Assembly: GCA_964252035.1 (NCBI GenBank)
Contig: OZ176208.1
Direction: 5' to 3' (one strand)
Source: Podarcis erhardii
Taxonomy: Eukaryota
Length of the DNA stretch: 64,000 bases
The notes under the pieces were generated by a model that searched no databases, was not told the origin of the DNA, and saw only the letters and a list, made by a program, of their open reading frames with translations. Of this stretch, positions 51,069 to 64,000 are shown in pieces. How positions within the stretch are numbered: position 1 is the stretch's first letter; each line of letters begins with the position of its first letter. The position numbers were made by a program, and so were the translations under genes.

Positions 51069-51735
51069 CAGTGGTACCTTGGTTCTCAAACTTAATCTGT
51101 TCCAGAAGTCCGTTTCAAAACCAAAGCGTTTGAAAACCAAGGCTCGCTTTCCCATAGAAAGTAATGCAAAATGGATGAATCCATTCCAGACTTTTAAAAA
51201 CAACTCCTAAAACAGCAATTTAACCTGAATTTTACTATATAACGAGACCACTGATCCATAAAATAAAAGCAATAATCAAGTACTGTACTATACAATACTG
51301 TCTTATTTATTTTATATGGTAAAATTTATTTTAGATGGTAAATTTTTTTAAAAAAAAATTCCTTACCTGCAGATAGTCACTGTTTGCATGGGGGGCTTTT
51401 ATCCATTTCCACAATCACACAATCAATCAATCAATAGCTGAACTGGGTTTCACACAGTCACAAAAACAAATTAACCAAAAAAAGCCTCAAAAGCAAAAAT
51501 GCAAAATAAATAGCAAAAACAAAAGCGCCAAACTTAATCTGTTCCGGAAGTCCATTTGACTTCTGAAATGTTCGAAAACCAAGGCGCAGCTTCTGATTGG
51601 TGCAGGCACCCCGGAAACAATAGCCGACAGCTGCAGCGGACGTTTGGCTTCTGGAAAAAGTTCAAAAATTGGGACACCTACTTCTGGGTTTTCGGCATTT
51701 GGGAACTAAGGTGTTTGAGAACAAAGGTACCACTA
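51069..51735. mobile_element. Tigger/pogo-like non-autonomous element family 3
   Basis: ta|cagtggtaccttggttctcaaac ... gtttgagaacaaaggtaccacta|ta TIRs. Confidence 0.85.
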
Positions 51736-52599
51736 TATGAATATCCATTTTCAAACAGAATGCCACACAACAAAATGTCCCTTCATTGTACATGCATATC
51801 TCAGCAAAATAGTTTTCTGGTATGATAGAAATAACTTGGCGTTTCACAACATAAGAAGATGATTACCTTCAGAAGGTACAACAGCATAAGTTACACAAAT
51901 AAAAACCAATTAAACCCAAATCATATACAAATAAATAGTAATAGTAAAGATTGGCCTTGTCGCCCTTCATGACAGCTTTGGCCGTATCTCCTGTTCTGGT
52001 CACCCTTGTAGGCATTTATTCCCAGCTACAATGGCAGCTTTTCCTTTCTTTATAGAATGTGGCCTGCAAACATTAATGTTATGACAGCTCCATTAGACAC
52101 TATAAGCATCCAGCAAAACTGAAGCAACCCAGCCAGTTTATGCTGGATTCTTTACACCGAAATATTGTATTTAAATATGGTCTAGACCCCTGTTAAAAAA
52201 TTTCTGAAAAAAATGTGTTTTCACATGGCATATATCTGTCTGTCTGTCTCTCTGTCTGTCTATCTATCTATCTAATTGCTATCTGTTGTTTTTGGCTACT
52301 TTCACACCATACATTTAAAGCATGTCCCTGCCTTAAAGTATGCTGGAACTGTAGATCATTAAGGCTTCTGGGAATTGTCACTCTGGATGCTTTGGGGGAT
52401 GGGAATGTGCTTTAAATGTTCAGTATTTATACAGCCTTAAATTAATACCTGTAGTTTAAAGCCATTGTTTCCTTCTTTTGGGTGGATAAAATGAACAACT
52501 ATTTTTACCTTGTTTTGGAAATATCTTAAAGTGGTTCACATCTTCTAGTTGAGCTTGTTTCCTCTCTCTGGGATAATGCTATGAATTTCCTCAGTCTTC

Positions 52600-52775
52600 C
52601 CTTTATATGCATCCTTTTCTAGACCCTTTGTCATTTTCATGGCTCTCTGCTGAGTGCTTTCCAGGTTATACAACATTCTCCTTGAACTGTGGTGCTCATA
52701 ATTCAATGAAGCACTCTAGAAGAGGTCTTATAGTGCAAACTAGTGGGATGCTATTATTTCTTGAGCCTTGGGAGT
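52600..52775 (-). mobile_element. Old CR1 RT fragment
   Basis: The reverse complement aligns by eye with the CR1 LYK.LVRPHLEYCVQFW...KDI..LE.VQRRATKM region. Confidence 0.55.
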
Positions 52776-55559
52776 GTTATATTGTTAATACAACCTAAAA
52801 TGACATTTGTCCTGCTATGGAAGGCTCCAAGGACACACCACTCAGGAAGCTGCACAAGAATTTTAATTGTCTCCCTGAAACAAGAACATATCAGTAACAG
52901 GAAACTCCTGACTCCATCCGAATACAACTAAGTCCAGTGCAACCTTTTGAGACTAAACTATATACTGGCATTGTCTTCACAGGCCTTTTGTTCCAGAATA
53001 TTATATTTGTTGACTTGTGTTGATTTGATATTGATTAAAGCCTTCTCTTGTGCATTGTTAATGTGAAACACTTGAAATCCAACAAAAACAAATGTAAACT
53101 TGTAAATGTTGGTCCCATTAAAAATGGGAAGAACTGCAAACAGTTTCGGAGTCCTCTGCAACTTTAGCAGACTATCCATTCTGTCATTTAGCATCCCGGT
53201 ATAGAGCCCTAGCAACCAGCTGGATGTTGAGCTGTTACTACCATTTGGGTGTTTTAAAGTACAGTAACTTCTGTGTCTGCTCTAGAGATTGAAAAATGTA
53301 AGCTAGTAAAAATCACCCCATGTTTTCAAATTCCAATCCTTTTCTTAAAGTAGATTTTCTCCTTTGATAAAATGATACAAGGCAACAAAAAATTGTAATT
53401 CAGAGAGCCACACTTACATATTGCATACCATAGCAAGTATTTCCTGTCAATTTTCTTCCGGCTTCATTCTATTACAATACAGTATACAGAATGAAAGGAC
53501 ACCATTGTTCCAAAAGGGAATCTGCAGAATAGATCTAATATTTTGTTTGAAGTAATTGCAGAGTCTATTATTCCGCTCTTTCTGTTTATCTCTGATTTTC
53601 ACTAGCTTGCGAGCAAGATTCATTAAGATTAATTAAGTTGCCAACCTCAATCCTATCCTCTCCCAACAGTAGGAAAGGAAGCAATTCTTGTGATTTCCTC
53701 TTTTCCCAGAGCCCCTGAAAGGCAGCCCCAGATAGTTAGAGGTCCTTCCATAACACTGTAAGAGGGCACAGGGGACTGCAAGGGAATAAGCGAATATTGC
53801 GTCTCCTCCTTTCCTCTAGTCTAGTGGAAGCCTCATTGGAATTCATGGAAAGTTCATTTGGAATCCAACCCTGTGTATGTTACACAAATTACTTTTCTGG
53901 ATCATTGATAAAAAAAATTATTTTTTTTATTAATGATCTAAATTAGGGTTGTCAGACATTTTTACTGACTTTCAGAAATTGTGGCTGGACACTATTTCCA
54001 ATGGATAAATCCTGGATATTTCTGGGAAATCCTGGACCTATGGCAGCCCTAATCAAATATATATCGGAGTCCCTCTCAATATCCTATATACAACTTCTAA
54101 TTTGCAAGGATGAGGACAGTCCTTCTATATCCATTAAAATCTGTAAGCCTAAATATAGCCTGTTCCCCCCCCCCCCAGGTTCCAAGTTACTTGCGTCTGT
54201 TCCTGTTTAAAACTTCCCACTATATAATATGTGAATATTTCTCTGCTTGTTCTTTATCCTGACTATAGCACTGCATATTGCATTGCATTGCAAAGTTATC
54301 CAGGGGTATCTAGGTAACACAAGCTATGCCTTACTGAAAAGCAATTTGCTGAGATACTTGGTCACTGTCACAAATTCCTGAAACTATCTAGGTGGACATT
54401 TTTTAAATCTTCCCTCTCGTTGGCTGGAATTGCAGACTCTATAGCATGATACCCTGTCAGCCACATACGAAACCAGCACCCCACCACCTCCACATTTCTG
54501 TTTGGCAGGCATCTCCATCCCTCTTCTCAACTTCTGCTGGAGAATGTCAGCATTAATCACCTCTTCTTCCAGCATGGCCTGTGGGTCCCTCCTCATTTAT
54601 CAATTGCCTTCTAGTTGTCAGTCATGATCAGCTCAATCAAGCATTTTCATGTGTGGCATCACCCCATTGTAGTATACACTTCAACCAATAACCAATTCCA
54701 GAAGCTATCATAGGCAAAGGTGACCATAAGAGTAAATTTTGCTGTTTGTTTGCTTAGTGGAATACTTGATTTAGTGTTTTTATTTTTATTTTGATTGTAT
54801 ATACTCACTGCTTCTTCCACTCCCCCCCATTTTTATTTTTATTTTTACTTTATACTTCTCCAAAATTAACTTCTGAACTGGACTTCTGGGGTCTTCTAGT
54901 TTCTGAACACACCCAAAGCCTGTTAGTCTCCCCATGTTGCTTTGGCCATTTCAGCTATGCTATTTGACTGAAGTGCATGGGAGATTGGATGGGCAACAGT
55001 TTGAAGCTTCAAGCCAAGAGACTTGAACTTTGGCTGGCAGTTCCCCTGCTCTCAAGTTGAAAGCACAACAGTGGGAATCCCACAGCCCCTGAGCTAGGTG
55101 ATGTAGTGGTAAGATGAGAATAAAATGATGGTGAGTGAGCTACCCTATCGTTTGACATTCATTGTAGCCATTAATTGCTAATTTTGCTGGTGGCACACTG
55201 TGTATCACATTAATGTAGGACATCAACTTTGCTCCTGTATGAAAGACACTTGATGCCCTTCTGAAGAAAATCCCATTCTTCGTGGTCAAAGGAAATATTA
55301 ATAACACTACACAGTCAAATTTAACCTCTATGCCAAAAAGGTCTGTCTGTATCATGTAATCATTGAACGATAGGATTCCATCATCTCATGGACTTCATTT
55401 GACTTACAAGTCACAGCAGTTCTGACTATATTGATCGTATTTTCTTATCCTGAATTAGGAGACTTGCCTGGTGCCTTCACTACATATCTTTAGGCACTAG
55501 GAAAAAACTTTCCTCTTCTCCCATACCTTTGGCTAATTAAACAATCTATGACCATTTAA

Positions 55560-55561
<2 letters not shown>

Positions 55562-55602
<41 letters not shown>
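55562..55602. repeat. (TC)n microsatellite
   Basis: Direct reading. Confidence 0.98.
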
Positions 55603-55605
<3 letters not shown>

Positions 55606-56489
55606 ATTGTTTTAGCTTGTTATTATGGTAAGTATTTTGGTGTTTTTATGCCACCCTGTGATCATCGGATGAAGGGCAGTATAGAAATTTAATTATTCTT
55701 TTAAACTAATTTTTTTTAATAAAAAAAATTAAATTACAGACCTTTGATAACATTTGGCTGCATGACTGTGAATACACCTGGGCCCGATGACTTAGTACGT
55801 GTCATGTTTTTGTCTATGTAGAATGGATTGAATTTTTTAAAAATTGCAACAGTATCCCTACAAATACTAAGTCAGCGATTGTAGCCAGAAACAATTACAA
55901 ATTGTTTAACTGCAAGTAGTCTGGGGCCTTCCCACAAGCCTAATCATATCATGATACACAGTTTCCCCCCACATATGAATGCTGATGGTGCTCACTTTCA
56001 GTCAAATTACATGCATGAACTTCTACTTGGATCAAAACAAAGTAAAACAGCAACTATAACCCACCACAAAAAAGAACCTAGGAGAGTTAATTAACCTGAA
56101 TACTTGCTTTAATAACATTTGTGTCTTTAATAAAAGCTGGTACTCATGTGATAGGAAAAGAAGGCTAATCCGCAAGCAGACTCCTAATTTATTAATAGCT
56201 ATTATTTGTTCTATTTAATTTTGTACAAGGCCAGGAAATTCAGATAAGTAGAAATGTATTTACCCAACTCCTTCCTAACTTGGTTTATGAAGTAAGGATT
56301 ATAGTCTGCATCTATCAAACTGCCCAATTATATCCATGGTTTATATCTGAAATCAAATATTTACTATATTTATTACATCCTGCTGGCATGCTTCCCATAG
56401 GCATCTGGTTGACCGCTCATTGCTGGACCAGATCCAGCAGGGCTCTCCTCATGTTAATTTTAGGGGTTTTTTGTTTTGTTTATTTTAAT

Positions 56490-56700
56490 TTGGACCTGTG
56501 ATCCCCTAACAGTTTTCTCCATAGACCACTTGAAAATTATTGAAGGTCTTGGCGGACCACTTTTTCTGCTGTTGTAGCAATGGCAATGCACTGTGCTAGA
56601 TACTGTATGATTTTTAATTGTATTCTTACGGACACACCATGTATGAATGAAATTTGCAGACAATTAGTGGTCAGTGGACCACAGTTTGGGAAACCCTTAC
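56490..56700. mobile_element. Degraded hAT MITE
   Basis: ...agaccacttgaaaattattgaaggtcttggcggaccac... and gtggaccacagtttgggaaaccc terminal motif. Confidence 0.55.
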
Positions 56701-58157
56701 TATGTTCGTTTGAGCTGTACTTTGTACACCACCTTATGTCAGACAGGTGGAATATGAATACACACACATTGAAATACTTTGCTGTACCTTGTGTGTGTGT
56801 TGGGTCAATTATAGAAGAAATCCTTCCATGAAAGGAAGGGACTTTGATCCCATGAAGGTGCCCACAATGGAAGAAGGGGTGAGTTTCACTAGTTCCTCTC
56901 TCGCATGCTGTTCTGGAAGGTTCCCACAACCCCTCCATAAGATTTTCAGGGATTTCAGGGGAATGGGTGAAGATCACCTCCACCTGTTAGTTGGCACCAG
57001 GTCCCCTTTTCTGTGAGTAGATCCAACAGGATCCAACACAGTAGTTTCAGTGTATCACTTGCAGTTGTCTATCCAGTTTGCTTCTATGTGATATAACTTT
57101 TCAATGTGATCCCCCCCCAATTTTGCTATGTTCTTTAATATGATCTGACAGTGCTTCCCCCCTTTTTCTTTTACCAGGTGCAATAAAGTGCTCCCTCATA
57201 GATATATTCTTCCATATGTCCCATAAATTGTCAGCACCACCACTGAGGTGGTGAAGATGATAGAAATAAATGTAATTATTTCCTATCGTAATCACTCAGC
57301 CATGTCTTGTCTTTGCATAATTGAGAAAATCGTCTTGGTATAGCTGCTTGCTCTACCGTTTCTCCATTAGGGATCATTTACCACATGAGCATGACCAGCA
57401 TATATCACAGGGCAAAGTCTTTATCTGCAATGCTAGTTGACATATTGATGTCATAAATATGAATTTCAGTTTAGAGTAGATTTTGTTGTTCACTGAATAA
57501 ATATGCATAGGCCTTCTCTATCAGGAGACATTCCTTCTATACAGTGATCAAATACAAATTGCCTAGGGAATTTAGAAACATTTATGGAACCATAGTGCAA
57601 CTTTGGGTTCCTTCAGCTGTATCTAAATGTTTCCTTCGTATCCTTTATTTCCTGGTCTATGCATTGGACTAAAATTTTAATACTTTTAATCTGTAGCAGC
57701 AGTGGAACAGGGAAAAGCTGCCCCCCAACATAGGTGTAACTGCAGAAATTGGGGTGCGGAGCCTGGATTGTTCTGTAAAATTGATGCAAAACTTTGCTTT
57801 GTTTGTTTGTTTGAGTATTTTGTGTTGTTGAATCACTCATAAACTCCAAGCTGTTTACATAGACTAAAAAAGTTCATCATAAATACTAATAAAATCAAAA
57901 GTTAATTACTTAGCAAAATCTAGGTAAAATAATCAGCCTTTGACAATATGCATGATAAGATCAAAGTATCTGCCCTGAGTAGGCTTGCCTAACAAAATTA
58001 AGTCTTTAGCTGGCGCTGAAAGCAATACGGTGAAAGTGCCTATCTGATATCAATGGACAGGGAGTTCCATAGTGCTGCCACACTAAAGGATTGATTCTTT
58101 GCAACTGCAGATAAACATTTTGTGGCATTTGTAAAAGTGCCAGTTCCATAGATTTAG

Positions 58158-58159
<2 letters not shown>

Positions 58160-58200
<41 letters not shown>
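58160..58200. repeat. (GT)n microsatellite
   Basis: Direct reading. Confidence 0.98.
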
Positions 58201-58202
<2 letters not shown>

Positions 58203-58269
58203 AAGGTGATCCTTTAAAAAGATGTGCTCCAAACTTTTTATACTAATGGTAACACCTTGAATGTGGTCT

Positions 58270-58500
58270 AGTAACAGGTTGGCAAACAGTGCAAATATCT
58301 TCTGTCATCAATGGCGCCTCAGTATTCTGAACTAACTGCACTTTCTGGGCCAAGCTCAAGGGAAGCTGCTTCACATAGAGTGAATGGCAGTAATTGCTGT
58401 TACCAATGCATTGACTACTTTGGTCATGCTATCCAGTTCCTGAAGTGTCCACAGCTGTACCAGTTGAAGTTGACAAAAAGATTCTCTTAGCCACTAAGGC
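58270..58500 (-). mobile_element. Old L2 RT C-terminal fragment
   Basis: The reverse complement reads VVNALVT...CHSLY..LPL.LAQKVQLVQN, matching L2 (ALVISRLDYCN.LY.GLP...LQLVQN). Confidence 0.6.
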
Positions 58501-59109
58501 TGCTTTCATTATGTTGAAGTACATTTGCTGGATATTTTGTGGCACGGTCCTGTTTGAAACACTTTATGCCCACTTTATGCTCCTATAGGAGGGGGCAAAT
58601 GATGTTGAATAATACAAGGCAGGAAAAAAAGTTGATTCGCTTTCAGTTGAGGTGGTTTTGTTTGAAACTAGAGCACAAATGTCTGGAGACCCAAAAGCAG
58701 ATTCTCATTAAATGGCTGTAGGAGCCTCGCTGTAAATGGAGCTGCTTGTTGAATGAACATTGTTACACAAATATAAAGAGCAGGCCACTAATGGCAGTAC
58801 TTTCTGGAGGTGAAAGAATGACTACAATGCAGCAAAGAATAAAAGAAAATATGTCAAGAGGTGTCTAGGTAATATCATAAAATGCAGTGCGTATGAAAGC
58901 AAACTTGTAGTGGTGTTCTGTTGGTTGGTTCCTGTGCATTTTCATATCAAATCCAATGCATATAGTTGTGCTACCTTTATCAGGGATCTATAGAGAAATG
59001 ACTGTTTGCAGAATACTGAATGTAAATTTACAGTGGAAGACCAATTTCACAGATATGAGTAGACCAGCAGTAGAATAGTACCGAGTCCAGTTCCACCTTG
59101 TGGCTAAAC

Positions 59110-59239
59110 CAGGGGTAGCCAATGTCATGCTCTCTAGATTTTCTTACACTTAAGTTTCCTTCAGCCTCGCACAGCATAGTCACTGGGCAGGGATGACTGG
59201 AGTTATAATCCAGCATCTGCACCATGCTGGCTTCCCCTG
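59110..59239. mobile_element. Degraded hAT MITE
   Basis: caggggtagcca...tggcttcccctg TIRs. Flanks GGCTAAAC and GAGTAAAC. Confidence 0.6.
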
Positions 59240-60169
59240 GAGTAAACTATATAATCTGTTACTACAGTACCCAATGTTTCCAATTCAGATTAGAATTAAC
59301 TCTTGTCTGGAATTTTATTTCCTAGTTAAACCATTTCTGCATTGGTGAATGGTATACATCAAGGATGGAGAATCTGCAGACATTGCTGGACTGCAATTCC
59401 CATCCTCCCTGGCTAGTAGCCAGGTGTGCTGGGGCAGATAAGAATTGGAAAATTTTTCTTATACTGTTGGGTTAACTCATCTGTGCTTAATAGGGACCAC
59501 AGCAAACACGTTAAGTAGCATTGGAGAACTCTTGGAGGGTGATGTTCTCTTCCCTAAGAGTTTTAAATTTGCTTCTGAGCCTCCAACCCTCTCTTATCTG
59601 GTACCAGTAGCAAAGAGGGAAAGTTCTCTTTTCTGCCTGGTGCCTGAAACACATGCTATCCCAGGCACCAGGATTCTTGAGAGTATGTCTGTTGGATATA
59701 GGATGGAAGAACTCTTCTCTGCTTCGATTGAAATCTGAACTGGAAAAGAACTTGGGACCATAATAATTTAATTGAATTAAAAGTGGGCATTACAAGATGC
59801 TAAGATTCTTATTTTAACTAAGGATGACATCATTACTTATTTGTTTGATAAAAGTACGCCAGACTTGATATTATTTGTGTAAAGCATTTCCTCCTCTCGT
59901 TTGCTCCCAATAAATATTAGGCAGGTGTGTACAGTATTGGGTGTTTATGCACTGGCTTGAGACACATTTGTTCAGCCAGGTTTTTTCTGAGGAGTGATGC
60001 AGTTAAGTGGAATGTCTAATATGATTCACTGATTTGTTATTTTTTTATTGATGCAATTTAATTGAGTTTATTGATTTTTAAAAACATTTTTAAAATGTTT
60101 GGTGGTATAGAAAGAGAAATAAAAAAAAATGTTTCTAAAGACCAAACAGTAATCTATTAGTAATTGTTA

Positions 60170-60350
60170 AAGGTAAAGGTAAAGGTCCAGTCGTGGACTA
60201 CTCTGGGGTTGCAGCGCTCATCTCGCTTTATTGGCCAAGGGAGCCGGCGTACAGCTTCCGGGTCATGTGGCCAGCATGACTGAATCGCTTCTGGCGAACC
60301 AGAGCAACGCACGGAAATGCTGTTTAGCTTCCCGCTGGACACCCGCGTCC
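60170..60350 (-). mobile_element. Internally deleted Sauria SINE
   Basis: On the minus strand GGACGCGGGTG is joined directly to TCCAGCGGGAAG... and the (acctt)n tail. TSD TAATTGTTA at 60161-60169 and 60382-60390. Confidence 0.85.
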
Positions 60351-61160
60351 TTTATTTTGTTATTTGTTATATGTTATTTGTTAATTGTTAGCCCCACTCA
60401 TTTTGTTATATTCAGTAAATTGTGGGTGGGGAAAGAGATAATCCCCGTGCCTTTATGTAACTCTGAGTAAAGTATTTTATTATTTCATAAAGGTTATCTC
60501 AGTTTTATGATCCACTGCAATTGTCAAAATAGGGAGCTTGTGCTAGATTAAATCTTAACACGTGTTCCATTTTTAAAAGGAGTATTCCACACAGCATCCA
60601 GAAAGCACTATCAAATCCAGAATTGTCCTAAGGATGTGATTGATTGATTCATGATTGGATTCTGCTTACAATAACAAACACTGTTGTTGGGAAACTCCAT
60701 TGCAGTTTGCCTGCAGCAAGCCTGTTTTCACTATCGGCTGTTTGAAGACTGCTGTTAAAGTCTGATTTCACATCAAGTCAAGTACAAGATTAAATCATTA
60801 GAAGCAATAGCACAAGTTGTGACAGGAATGAATATCTTCTATTTCAGTGTAACTTGAAGTTCATGGCAAAATTATGTTACTTTATTGACCTTGCTGATTC
60901 AAGCAACACTTTAACAGCCCATAACCTATTAATCTACCAGTAATTTTGCAGTGTGCTCGTCAGCTATCAGTTTCTACCGATGCTTATTGGATAAATTATG
61001 TTCTAAGGAACATTTCTTAAAACTGTTGAGTCTGAAGACTTGCTGCATAGGCTCAGAGTGCCAAGTTACAGTTCTGATTCCGCCCTGCTATGAATTATAT
61101 CGTATTTAAGCGTGATCCATGTCAGTTTTGTTACATGCCAGTTTTGCCAGTTATTTAGCT

Positions 61161-61454
61161 CAGGGTGGGGAACTGGATCCAGCCTGTGGGTAAGATCTTT
61201 CCTTCATTCAGCTCCCTCCCTGCACAGGCCAACTTTGATAGGTTGGTGGTGACCTTGTGGTACCACCCACTTGTCAATCACCTTCCATCGTTATGGCAAC
61301 AGGTGACAACTTGAAAGGGGCTCACCACTGAAGACCACTTGCAAATGGACTTCAAAATGAAGGCAGCCATGCCTTTACCTGCCTCACACCTGACATCACA
61401 TATGAACCTTGCCAGGCCTAATTAGACCCACAGGCTGGAGGCTAACTACCCCTC
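61161..61454. mobile_element. Degraded hAT MITE
   Basis: cagggtggggaac..ccagcctgtggg ... cccacaggctgg..ctacccct, with inverted subterminal repeats. Confidence 0.55.
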
Positions 61455-62366
61455 TTCTCTTTCTCTCTGTTAAAATTTAAGACTGAGACGCTTCACACTG
61501 CAGTATTCATGGCTGGTATGCTGGATAATCTCAACTAAAATGATTACTATTGTTTAAGGATAACCTCTTTTATTAAACATAGATTTCATCTGTCAGTCTG
61601 AACAGGCAAGTTCTCTTTCTTCATTGCACTCAAGATGAATTTTTAATCTAGAAATTATTTATCATCTTTTGGAATATAGACTTTGTTCAGAGGACTTTCT
61701 GTTTCCTAATCCTTGGAGTCCTAATAGGGATATATATCCTCTCTTTTAAGTTGTTGGTTAATTGTTTGTTTTGAGAACTTTATATTCTTTCTCAGGTGCT
61801 CGGTTGCCTGAGTACTAAAGGGGTGGACCAGAACAACTGTTCCTAACATGCCAAGCCATTTGGAAGTGGAGGCAGCTATTTTGGAGGTCACAATGTGACT
61901 CCTGAAAATGGTTCAGGGAGAGGAGAGGGCTTACAATTGCATATTCTCATTCTTTCTTTTTTTTAATTTTCAAAGTTCTATTTAAAGTCTCATTTTTTCC
62001 CCAGAGCTCTGCTGCTGTGCCACCAAAGGTGTTTTTTTAAATAGAAAAATAAAAAGAAACAAAAGGGAAACAGACCTTCCCCGCTCTCAGTGACTAAATT
62101 CTGCCCTGTCTCCTGAATAATTTTATGTAGCCTCCTCTTCTCTCCTTTTGTTATTTTTGGGAGTTGAAATCCCTCCCTCCCCCCAGTATGGGATGAATCC
62201 CCGAAATGGACGGAGATCAGCCCTACTGTATCATGGCAGGTAATGCAAATATACTCTTCTAGTATAAAGAAACTCCAAAGACAGGTATATTACTTCCAGG
62301 ATTGCAGATATAATGAAAAAGCTGCAAAACTGGATGAGCAACCTTTCCTGAGAATTCAGAGCAATT

Positions 62367-62967
62367 TGTTGTTGTTGTTTAGTCATTTCTGACTCTTTGT
62401 GACCCCATGACCAGAGCACGCCAGGCACTCCTGTCTTCCACTGCCTCCCGCAGTTTGGTCAAACTCATGCTGGTAGCTTCGAGAACACTGTCCTACTATC
62501 TCATCCTCTGTCGTCCCCTTCTCCTTGTGCCTTCCATCTTTCCCAACATCAGGGTCTTTCCCAGGGAGTCTTCTCTTCTCATGAGGTGGCCAAAGTATTG
62601 GAGCCTCAGCTTCAGAATCTGTCCTTCCAGTGAGCACTTAGGGCTGATTTCTTTAAGAATGGATAGGTTTGATCTTCTTGCAGTCCATGGGACTCTCAAG
62701 AGTCTCCTCCAGCACCTTAATTCAAAAGTCCAGCTCTCGCTTCCATACATCACTACTGGGAAAACCATAGCTTTAACTATACGGACCTTTGTTGGCAAGG
62801 TGATGTCTCTGCTTTTTAAGATGCTGTCTAGGTTTGTCATTGCTTTTCTCCCAAGAAGCAGGTGTCTTTTAATTTTGTGGCTGCTGTCACCATCTGCAGT
62901 TATCATGGAGCCCAAGAAAGTAAAATCTTTCACTGCCTCCATTTCTTCCCCTTCTATTTGCCAGGAA
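62367..62967 (-). mobile_element. RTE-BovB LINE, 5'-truncated 3' fragment (RT C-terminus)
   Basis: Minus ORF 62496-62972 (DFTFLGSMITADGDSSHKIKRHLLLGRKAMTNLDSILKSRDITLPTKVRIVKAMVFPVVMYGSESWT) is classic BovB RT. (CAA)n tail. TSD AGCAATT at 62360-62366 and 62968-62974. Confidence 0.95.
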
Positions 62968-63946
62968 AGCAATTAGTGACAAATAAAAAGTGCCACTGAA
63001 TCACTCTCTTCTTAATATAAATAAGAAATGCCCCAAAATGCTTTTTTGTGTGTGTGCAATAATCAGAACATTATGGATGCTAATGTTGGTGTCAGCTGTG
63101 AAGCAAATTGAGCTGAGATATCAGCTGATAGAAACACATCAGAACCATGAGCCTTTGCAGAGCCTCAGTTGGGTCAACACTGGGAAGATCTGAGCTTGGA
63201 ATACAATAGTAATGTGTGGTAGGTAGGTGGCACTAATTAAGCGTATTCCACTGATAGTGATAGAATATTTCATATTAGAATTCCACCTGTAATTTATAGC
63301 TGATTATCCAGAATGGCATAAATCCTACCTGAAAGCAGAGGAAGTGGAAGTGATTATTTGTGCTAAAATGCTATTGGGATTTGTGGCTCCCCTGACAGAC
63401 AGAGGGGAAGAGGGAGAGATGTAATTATAGTTACTTCCATCATTCATATTAAATTGTGCTTAATGATTCCGCAGTCTTAATTTGGAATTATACAGGTACA
63501 GCTAACAGAAAGGTTGCTGCTATGGGTCTTTAAATACAGAAGATTGACCACAATTTTTCCATCATTTCACTTTGCAGTCAAGTAAAGTGAAGGGAGATTA
63601 AATCATGCCTCTCTGACTGCAGTGTTATTTTGACATATGAGCATGAGACAGTTGCTTTTGATTTATTGCATATTTCCGTATAAAAATAAACAAGTGCAGG
63701 GAAAATATATTTTGCAATTCTAATTCTGGAAATATATTGCTAAGCAGGACTTTTTAATCCAAACCTATCTTCCAAATGTACACTTTAGCTTTAGAAGGGA
63801 TTTTTGGAACCTCCATCAGTTTCCCAACAGTCTACTGTCACTGACCAAATGAAAATGCCTGAACTTTAAGGAACAGCAGTAGTTAGGAGATTTCCTCTTT
63901 GCCAAACCAAAGTTTTTTGGTTTTGTTTCTAACAAGCTATATAGTA

Positions 63947-64000
63947 CAGTGGTACCTCGGGTTAAGAACTTAATTTGTTCTGGAGGTCTGTTCTTAACCT
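63947..64000. mobile_element. Tigger/pogo-like MITE family 1 (partial at window end)
   Basis: ta|cagtggtacctcgggttaagaacttaatt... Confidence 0.9.

Noticed and set aside
61796-61900. Strong acceptor tattctttctcag with frame VLGCLSTKGW...
   Set aside because: All frames hit stops before a convincing donor, and there is no recognisable peptide.
1-64000. Window begins and ends with TTCTTAACCT, suggesting circularity or a terminal repeat
   Set aside because: Both ends simply fall within copies of the abundant MITE, which contains this motif several times.

Overview
Repeat-rich eukaryotic DNA, most likely from a squamate reptile (probably a lacertid lizard, inferred from Sauria/Squam1-type and Squam3-type SINEs, BovB, CR1, L2, L1, Rex1, Penelope, Tigger-like and hAT MITEs). 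It is mostly intron or upstream sequence of one large + strand gene. I can support only two host coding exons (27153-27252 and 30893-30957). They splice in frame to MQYNVKELISLARRPSSCFDKEGKLTICRMLRDEPRERWCRLKGNLLFLMKNKNK, the N-terminal part of a PH domain resembling the PH-containing N-terminus of invertebrate INPP4 phosphatases. Canonical mammalian INPP4A/B lack this domain. The paralog assignment (INPP4B) is inference. The strongest unexplained signal is in two independently inserted solo LTRs (184-595 and 3974-4427, each with its own 5-bp TSD). Both carry a reading frame open from the LTR edge, and its last 42 codons differ mostly at synonymous sites, pointing to a selected protein tail encoded inside an LTR. 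Other points of note are an ORF1-only (HAL1-like) L1 derivative, a TSD-flanked 305-bp retrocopy, a 73-nt pre-miRNA-sized hairpin and a perfect 100-bp Penelope inverted repeat. Nearly all ORFs in the supplied track are spurious or TE-derived. Family names come from recall, not database searches, and TE boundaries without a stated TSD are approximate.
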